Assembly: GCA_044892525.1 (NCBI GenBank)
Contig: CM097885.1
Coordinates: 31,684,001-31,748,000, forward strand
Source of the DNA: Schmidtea polychroa
Taxonomy: Eukaryota
Reading direction: 5' to 3'
Length of the DNA: 64,000 nt
Positions 54,999-64,000 of the stretch are shown piece after piece. The notes under the pieces were generated by a model, which saw nothing but the letters and a program-made list of their open reading frames with translations, had not been told where the DNA came from and made no database searches. A program made the position numbers and the translations under genes. The first letter of the stretch is position 1; each line of letters opens with the position of its first letter.

Positions 54999-55924
54999 GT
55001 AAATGTGGTTTAAAATAAGAATTTTTTGTTTTATTTTAAAAAGATAGAAATAAATGGTATTAGTATAAATATTATTATTACCTAATTAAAATTTCATTCA
55101 AATAATAATACATAATTTACATATGTCATCAACTATAAGCAGAAAATGTGTATGTTGTTCGATGTCTGCACACATACTTGTTAATTGCCTCCAATCAGAA
55201 CTCGAGAACAAATGCATAATTTATCCAGTTCTATTCATATCAACCAAAATGATAGATAAACATAGAATTTTCAATTTATTTACGCTGATTTTTAAAACAA
55301 TCACAAAAAATGTCACGTGAGTCTGATGTATCATAATCTGTTTATTGCAAATTCAATTTAAAAACGGTATATTATTATGTGCCTCTATATGTACGTTTCG
55401 AGTATTGTCAATGACGGTAATGTTTGATCGAGATATTTTTATCCTGTTCTATACATGTAATATGTCAGATTGTTTTATTGAATTATTAGAAAATATAAAA
55501 GATGAAAAGAATCATAAACTTTTAAGTTTTGATTTAGTTGTCTTTTATGACATTTTGAGTGATTGCAAACACTATTCTTTTAAGGGTTTGTAAGGATTTT
55601 TAAGATACATCATAAGAATATAATTTATGATTGTATAAACCCACATATAGACCGATACCATGAATAAATAGTTGCAAATTTTATTAAAATCGATTTTATA
55701 TTAATAATTTTTAATATCACTAATATAATATTTTTAAATAATTTTAATAATAATTTCAATAATAATTCCAAGTTTTCTTTAATTCTTTAACATTCGTTTT
55801 AAAAGTTTTCTAGTTATCGAGTATTAAATTATATCTCATTCAAACAAAAGAGTAGTATGTAGTAAGGACTCCAGCGCACTTTCAAGGTCATGGAATATCA
55901 AGATCAAATATAGACCAATCGAAT

Positions 55925-57050
55925 CATTTATTTTTTAAATTAACATTTTATTTAATTACTTCTTTTTAATTTTTCTTTTTAATTTTATTAATTAATTATT
56001 TTATGATGTTATATTTTAATTACTTACTTTATTTAATTTTTAATTTATTACATTTAATTAATTTATTAGTTTATTAATATTTTATTTTAATTACTTACGC
56101 TTTATTATTATTTATTTTTATTTTTATTTATTTTATTTTATTTTATTTTTTTTTTAATTAATTAATTTATTTTTTAATTTAAATTTTATTTAATTACTTC
56201 TATTTTTTTTTTCTTTTTAATTTTATTAATTAATTATTTTATGATGTTATATTGTAATTACTTACTTTAGTTAATTTTTAATTTATTACATTTAATTAAT
56301 TTATTAGTTTATTAATATTTTATTTTAATTACTTACGCTTTATTATTAATTATTTTTATTTATTATTTTTTTATTTTTTTTATTTTTTTTATTTTTTTTA
56401 ATTAATTTATTTTTTTTTTAATTTAAATTTTATTTAATTACTTCTATTTTTTTTTCTTTTTAATTTTATTAATTAATTATTTTATGATGTTATATTGTAA
56501 TTACTTACTTTAGTTAATTTTTAATTTATTACATTTAATTAATTTATTAGTTTATTAATATTTTATTTTAATTACTTACGCTTTATTATTATTTATTTTT
56601 ATTTTTATTTATTTATTTATTTTTTTTTAATTAATTAATTTATTTTTTAATTTAAATTTTATTTAATTACTTTTATTTATTTTATTTATTTATTTTTTTT
56701 TCTTTTTAATTTTATTAATTAATTATTTTATGATGTTATATTTTAATTACTTACTTTAGTTAATTTTTAATTTATTACATTTAATTAATTTATTAGTTTA
56801 TTAATATTTTATTTTAAAAACTTACGCTTTATTATTATTTATTTTTATTTATTTATTTATTTATTTTTTTTTTTAATTAATTTATTTATTTTTTAATTTA
56901 AATTTTATTTAATTACTTCTATTTATTTATTTTTTTTATTTATTTATTTTTTTTTTCTTTAATTTTCTTAATTAATTATTTTATTATGTTTTTATTTTAG
57001 TATTATTTTATTTATTTATTATTATTATTATTATTATTTTTTTTTTTTAA
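55925..57050. repeat. Subterminal extremely AT-rich ~240-bp tandem array of copy 2 (mirror ~60230-61300)
   Basis: Marker ACTTACGCTTT at ~56092, 56331, 56573 and 56820. AAAGCGTAAG occurs four times in the right arm. Copy 1 has one such marker per arm. Confidence 0.8.
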
Positions 57051-57385
57051 TTTTACATTTACATTATATTCTAACAAGAGGTAAATTATAACAATAATAT
57101 TTCAATTTGAATAAAATTTTAATTAGTAATTATTCAATTTGAATAAAATTTTAATTAGAAATTATTTAATTTATTATAAAATAAAACGCTGAGTTAATTT
57201 TGGATAAACCGGATATTAATTTTTCGGAAAAAATAAATAAAATAAACACAAAAATAATATTTCTTACTTGAAACTAATTATCTAAATTAATTGGACAAAT
57301 GAATAATTAAATGATAAAACACATTTTAATTAAGTAAGTCAAATAATTCACAATATATATTTTATTATTCACATAAATTTAATTG

Positions 57386-59470
57386 TTAAAGTGCTTGTTT
57401 CGATTTGCATTCATTTGTAGACGGAGCAGTTGCAATATGCATTTGACGAATCTTATAGTGACCGTAGGCATAGCTTTCATTAGAATTGAACCAATATCTT
57501 TTATCATCCAAACATTGGAGAGCTCGTTTTTCTGTAATGAAAGTATACAACTGACGATTAACACTTTCTATTCTCTTTTGTTGGATGCTCACTGTTCTAC
57601 CATCAGTATACACTTTTTTATAAGCTTCATGGGTGATATTAGAATTTGTAAGACTTATTCCTTTGGCTTTTAGAGTGTTTTTATCGCTTTGGAGTGAGTA
57701 GCATTTGGGTCGAAGAAACACCCATTCTTTATATTGATTTCCTTTATTCTCATCCTTAACTTTCCCGATTACCGAACAGATTTTATCAGAGAACAACGGA
57801 TCGGTCACTGGATAATTTGAAGTATCTAGGAGCCCATCTTCAATCATTTTTGGATATAGTTGTAAGCGTAAATCAACATTTTTACACTCTAAAAAGAAGG
57901 AATCTGTGTCACCGGCTACGATATTAATTTGACAATTGAATTCTTCTCTATAACTCTGTAGTTCTTTATATTGAAACTGGTACATGCGAAGTTTGGATAA
58001 ATCAAGTACGGTTTGTCCAATATACATTGGTCTATCTAAACACACAATTTCCTTATTGAGTATAACAGCAATGAGATCATCCGCAATCTTAATGCTACGA
58101 CGAAACATAGGATGACTACAATAAGTTATCAATCTTTTGCTTTTGTTGCATAATCTCAAATTTATACGTTTCTTCAAGTTTTCCACAGTTTTACCGTATA
58201 AACTGTTGTTCTTTAACTTATAATAATCTCGCTGAAACGAATCCGTACTAGCTGCTCTCATTTTGGTATTGTAATCAATATAGCCTTTGAAAATAGCTAC
58301 TTGCTTGAATTCTACAGCACGATTAACTTTTGTGACTTTTGCGCCGTAACTCAACCACTCTGTCAAAATTCTACCATTAACTACATAGTTTTTCTTAGGC
58401 TCATGAGTTAACAACAGCTTTTCAACTTTACTACCAGGTGGATAACAAAGCTCAGGAGCTATAGGTAAATCATCTAGCTTATCTTGTATACTATCAGGAA
58501 TGACGATGTCAACCTCTAGAACATATCCACGATCTCCATCAAACTCATCCCCATTTGTACATCTTTCAACAATACCATTCATTTCAGTCTGATCATTTAT
58601 CCATCTAAATTCACCAACAGGAAGATTTTGCGACAGCGCCCATCCATATAAATTATTAACATCTAGGTATGACATTTGTGTTGATTCATCAGCTTCAACA
58701 TGATGTTTGTTGATAAATGTCATTCCACCACGAATAACAGCTTCGAATAAACGGTAAAGCTCTGGATCTTGAATAAGTTCTACCGGTTCAGGTAACTGTT
58801 TAATAGCTGATGCCCAACTTAATCCGGGTATGGAAACAAACGATAAAGCCTCAAGTCCATCTTCGTCAAATGTTTTTTTCTCTGAAAGCTTCAAAAACAT
58901 CGGCCAACAGAAAAACATCCAGCTTGAGATATACTAGCATGTAATCTAGCAGTGTCTCACAGTTGTATTGTTGCCAGATTCGATTTGCATGTATATAATC
59001 TTCTTCACTAACTCCCTCCCAAATCAGTGGTAATTCTGTTATTGACTGTAAAACATCCATTGATGTAGCCATATCATAAGGAAAAATGGTTTTACAAGTC
59101 ATCATCTGTGATTCGAAAACATCTGAGGTCAGTGGAAGACATGGTAAATTTTTTGATAAATTTGCCAAGCTGCTATTTAAAAATTGTAAAGAATCAATGA
59201 ATCTAATTCTTCTGCCTTTCGATGTCGCTGTAAGTGTGAGAAACTTTTCTGTTGATTGAGGAATAACATTTAAATTCCAATCGGGGAATTTTCCAATTGC
59301 ATATTTTAATATATGATGAATGTCATATCCACGAAGATTGTGAAATACAACAGGTAAAGACGGATTGATTCTTCTAGCCAAGTTGCAATCTTGACATGCT
59401 GCTCCGAGATATTGACCAGTAAAATGATCATGATCTCGAACAGGTATATTGATAATCTTTTTACAAAGGT
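57386..59470 (-). pseudogene. polB: 5'-truncated, frameshifted pPolB (left arm of copy 2)
   Basis: 171-aa and 510-aa ORFs are near-identical to copy 1. One extra T in the T-run at 58873-58879 shifts the frame. The gene is truncated at the start of the EndoVII Zn motif. Confidence 0.92.
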
Positions 59471-59891
59471 GACTGATCCATTGTTCTCAGATAAAATTTG
59501 TTCGGTAATCGGGAAAGTTAAGGATGAGAATAAAGGAAATCAATATAAAGAATGGGTGTTTCTTCGACCCAAATGCTACTCACTCCAAGGCGATAAAAAC
59601 ACTCTAAAAGCCAAAGGAATAAGTCTTACAAATTCTAATATCACCCATGAAGCTTATAAAAAAGTGTATACTGATGGTAGAACAGTGAGCATCCAACAAA
59701 AGAGAATAGAAAGTGTTAATCGTCAGTTGTATACTTTCATTACAGAAAAACGAGCTCTCCAATGTTTGGATGATAAAAGATATTGGTTCAATTCTAATGA
59801 AAGCTATGCCTACGGTCACTATAAGATTCGTCAAATGCATATTGCAACTGCTCCGTCTACAAATGAATGCAAATCGAAACAAGCACTTTAA
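59469..59891 (+). pseudogene. polB: C-terminal pPolB fragment (right arm of copy 2)
   Basis: VTDPLFSDKICSVIGKVKDE...KRALQCLDDKRY...KQAL, beginning abruptly at the deletion junction. Confidence 0.92.
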
Positions 59892-61393
59892 CAATTAAAT
59901 TTATGTGAATAATAAAATATATATTGTGAATTATTTGACTTACTTAATTAAAATGTGTTTTATCATTTAATTATTCATTTGTCCAATTAATTTAGATAAT
60001 TAGTTTCAAGTAAGAAATATTATTTTTGTGTTTATTTTATTTATTTTTTCCGAAAAATTAATATCCGGTTTATCCAAAATTAACTCAGCGTTTTATTTTA
60101 TAATAAATTAAATAATTTCTAATTAAAATTTTATTCAAATTGAATAATTACTAATTAAAATTTTATTCAAATTGAAATATTATTGTTATAATTTACCTCT
60201 TGTTAGAATATAATGTAAATGTAAAATTAAAAAAAAAAAATAATAATAATAATAATAATAAATAAATAAAATAATACTAAAATAAAAACATAATAAAATA
60301 ATTAATTAAGAAAATTAAAGAAAAAAAAAATAAATAAATAAAAAAAATAAATAAATAGAAGTAATTAAATAAAATTTAAATTAAAAAATAAATAAATTAA
60401 TTAAAAAAAAAAATAAATAAATAAATAAATAAAAATAAATAATAATAAAGCGTAAGTTTTTAAAATAAAATATTAATAAACTAATAAATTAATTAAATGT
60501 AATAAATTAAAAATTAACTAAAGTAAGTAATTAAAATATAACATCATAAAATAATTAATTAATAAAATTAAAAAGAAAAAAAAAATAAATAAATAAAATA
60601 AATAAAAGTAATTAAATAAAATTTAAATTAAAAAATAAATTAATTAATTAAAAAAAAATAAATAAATAAATAAATAAAAATAAATAATAATAAAGCGTAA
60701 GTAATTAAAATAAAATATTAATAAACTAATAAATTAATTAAATGTAATAAATTAAAAATTAACTAAAGTAAGTAATTACAATATAACATCATAAAATAAT
60801 TAATTAATAAAATTAAAAAGAAAAAAAAATAGAAGTAATTAAATAAAATTTAAATTAAAAAAAAAATTAATTAATTAAAAAAAATAAAAAAATAATAAAT
60901 AAAAATAAAAATAAATAATAATAAAGCGTAAGTAATTAAAATAAAATATTAATAAACTAATAAATTAATTAAATCTAATAAATTAAAAATTAACTAAAGT
61001 AAGTAATTACAATATAACATCATAAAATAATTAATTAATAAAATTTAAATTAAAAAATAAATTAATTAAATAAAAAAAAATAAAATAAAATAAAATAAAT
61101 AAAAATAAAAATAAATAATAATAAAGCGTAAGTAATTAAAATAAAATATTAATAAACTAATAAATTAATTAAATGTAATAAATTAAAAATTAAATAAAGT
61201 AAGTAATTAAAATATAACATCATAAAATAATTAATTAATAAAATTAAAAAGAAAAATTAAAAAGAAGTAATTAAATAAAATGTTAATTTAAAAAATAAAT
61301 GATTCGATTGGTCTATATTTGATTTTGATATTCCATGACCTTGAAAGTGCGCTGGAGTCCTTACTACATACTACTCAAAAGGAATTATATATA

Positions 61394-64000
61394 TGAGGAA
61401 GTTGAAAGATTCTTAAAGATTAATTAGAAATTTTGTTAAAACTTAAAATATATTTTTATTGAAAAATATTTTAAAAAGAAGAACGAAATTTATCATTTTT
61501 AAAAAATATTTTTATCAAAAAATATTTTAAGAAAAACTGAAATTTGTTTAAATAAAAAATTTAAGAAGAGACAAGTTTTTGAGTATATAATTTATTAAAT
61601 AAAATTTATTGAATTATTTAGTGATTTGAAAACGGATGTTGTCACGAATGGGAATCCTAATATGGTGGCAGCGGTAAACACCGACGCGATTACCGAAAGA
61701 TTATTACCAAAGGTGTTCTGTCAAGGTGATGACTTGGAAAAATTCATCAGAAGATCCGAGATTTATTTCGATGCTAAAGGCATCAATAAAAAAGAACAGG
61801 AAAGATTGAATGCATGTATGATCGATGAGGATCTATTGGAGAAATAAGCAAGAAATAATAAGACGTAATAAAGGATATGGAAGGTTTATTGAATTATAAA
61901 AGAGGCGAAGAGATTGAAACATATTTTTAAAAAGTGAAGGACCTTGTTGACCGGTTGTTTGAGAATAAAGAATTTACCAAAGAGAAAATAACAGGAAAGA
62001 TGATAGTATGTGCTGAGAATAAAGAAGTTGAGAAAGAAGTAATATTGCGGAAGATAAAAAGCACAGAGGAGATAAAGGAAACATTAATTTTGATGGATAA
62101 AGTTGACAGGCAGAGAGATCAGATCAACGCTATGAAAGGTTTTGCAAGAGTGGTCTATCGGGATCCACAGAGAAGAGTACAATACAAGCAGAAAGATGAA
62201 AGAGAAGAAGTCAGGTGACGAGAAGAACCAGAGTGATGGCTATGCCACAAAATAGGCGACACGAAAATAGAATGTCCAGTAAGAAGTAAGATAAAGTGCT
62301 GGACGTGTCACAGAAGCGGACATATAAGTGGGAAATGTCCAGATAAAAAAGTTCCAAGATGTTTTGGTTCTGGGAAAGAAGGTCATATAAGAAGGTTATG
62401 TCAAGAACTACGGTGTAAAAGATGCAACAGAAATGGTCATAGATCAGAAGAATGTTATACAATGTCGAGTTACAAGAAATCGATAGAGAAACAAAGACCG
62501 ACAGGAAACAGATACAGCCGGATTAATGGAATCGTGCGTAGAGACAAATGAAGATAATTTTAGTAGGACGTACTCAAACAGCAGGGCTCCACCAGTAGAG
62601 TAGTTGGTTGGAGTCATATACTAACAGAAAGGTGGATGGGATATCCTCAAGTGGTAGAAAAGTGGGAGAATGTAGAAAGGGTAAGTGAGGAAGTATACAG
62701 GTTCCTAAGGAGAGAAAAGTTTGAATAGGAAGTGGAAAGAATTGGAACAATTGAAGGTTAAAGTAACTATCGGAGATATTTCTAAGGAAGTTAGATTCAT
62801 TGTGGCGGAGAAAGTGACACCAGAGGTGATTGAAGGAGTAGAATTACAAGAAGCATTTGGATATAGGCTGGCAAAAAAGAAAGATATCGAATCTAGTGAA
62901 AAAAACAAGAACTATATTTGTAACATCGAAGCAAAAATTGACGCGAGCGTTGGAACATCTAAAGATTGATGAGCATAGTAAATTAAAGGAAATAATAACG
63001 AACAGTGGAAACGTGTTTATGGCGGATAAATGGGATGTGGGTCGCACGCATTTAGTAAAACATAAGATAATTACAAGAGGTGAACCGATAAACATAAAAC
63101 CATATCGTCAACCATTGAATTTGGAAACAAAAATTGAAGAAGCAATACAAAATTTGTACGAAAACGGGATTATACGGAAATTCAACTCCCCATGGAACAC
63201 GCTGTTAATCTGCGTATGGAAAAAAGAGAAAAGGGATTTTAGGCTATGCTTGGATTTCAGACAGAAATTATATTCGTGGATATATGTGGACCAATGCAAG
63301 AAACAAAAGAACGTAAGAAGTAAATAGACTAGTATAATAGACTAGTATAGTAAGTATCAATTCTGTACAGTTATAACAAGACAAAACGAAGAAATAATAA
63401 AGAAAACAATTTAGAAAAACGGATTTTAAGATTTGGGTGACCAAAGGAGATAAGAGTTGATTGTGGGAAGTCGTTTGAATCAGGAATGATGAGAGAATTC
63501 ATAAAGAAACTTGATATTAAGTTATGTTTTTCGAGTCCATACCATCACCAAACAAATGGACAGATAGAAAGACAATTCAGGACAATAAGAGAGCTGATAA
63601 ATGCTACTTTACGAGACAGAAGGAAGGCGGATTGGACAGAGATATTACCAGAAGTCGAATTTGCATTAAATGCAACCAAACAAAAAACGACAGGAACAAG
63701 CCCGGCAGAGATAGTTTTTTGGGAAAAAAATCAGCAGGGAGAAATGGTACGGGTCAAAAGAAAAACAGGTAAAGGAAGAACAAGAAGAACAAACAAGGAA
63801 GAAACACGCAACAAAACCCAGGACAGATATGAGGGATCGAGAAAGTGCACGACAGACGATATATCTTAAGAAACGAGAATGGTAAAAAGATTGAAAGAAA
63901 CGTGGAAAAACTTAAAAATTTTCTTAAGGAGGGGGATATGAGGAAGTTGATAGATTTTTAAAGATTAATTTAGAAATTTTGTTAAAATTTAAAATATATT
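61394..64000 (+). mobile_element. Degenerate, internally deleted Ty3/Gypsy LTR retrotransposon
   Basis: 5' LTR starts TGAGGAAGTTGA at 61394 and recurs at 63939 after the purine tract AAGGAGGGGG. PBS TGGTGGCAGCGGT (tRNA-Leu-like) at 61663. Gag Zn knuckle CWTCHRSGHISGKC, RT start (PINIKPYRQP, SPWNT, RLCLDFR) and integrase SSPYHHQTNGQIER. Many stops. Confidence 0.9.

Larger units (their letters stand above)
55851..61375. mobile_element. Internally deleted 5,525-bp palindromic relative of the pPolB element (copy 2)
   Basis: Termini AGTAGTATGTAGTAAGGACTCC...GGAGTCCTTACTACATACTACT. 6-bp TSD CAAAAG at 55845-55850 and 61376-61381. The polB 3' end is present in both orientations. Confidence 0.95.

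Noticed and set aside
59391..59891. 166-aa ORF as a real short polymerase gene
   Set aside because: Chimera across the deletion junction: the first ~26 codons are antisense left-arm sequence.

Overview
Very AT-rich eukaryotic (animal, planarian-like by inference) genomic DNA. Four + strand exons of an Elk/EAG-family (KCNH) potassium channel gene span the window, with a 48.3-kb intron full of transposon relics (hAT MITEs with 8-bp TSDs; mariner, Merlin, MULE and Gypsy fragments; 18S rRNA and actin pseudogene pieces). The outstanding feature is a 14,500-bp palindromic element (12492-26991) with Polinton/Maverick-type ends (AGTAG...CTACT, 6-bp TSD AATGTC). Its two ~6-kb arms are almost perfectly inverted, and each carries a complete intron-containing protein-primed DNA polymerase B gene (predicted 1236 aa; start codon split by an intron). 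The arms flank a 2.5-kb tandem array rich in CAAGGTCA. No integrase, capsid, ATPase or adenain-type protease gene is visible. A second, independently inserted and internally deleted relative (55851-61375, TSD CAAAAG) is also palindromic, and its arms share private variants. This points to a family of mobile, polymerase-only fold-back Polinton derivatives. I cannot verify novelty without database searches.
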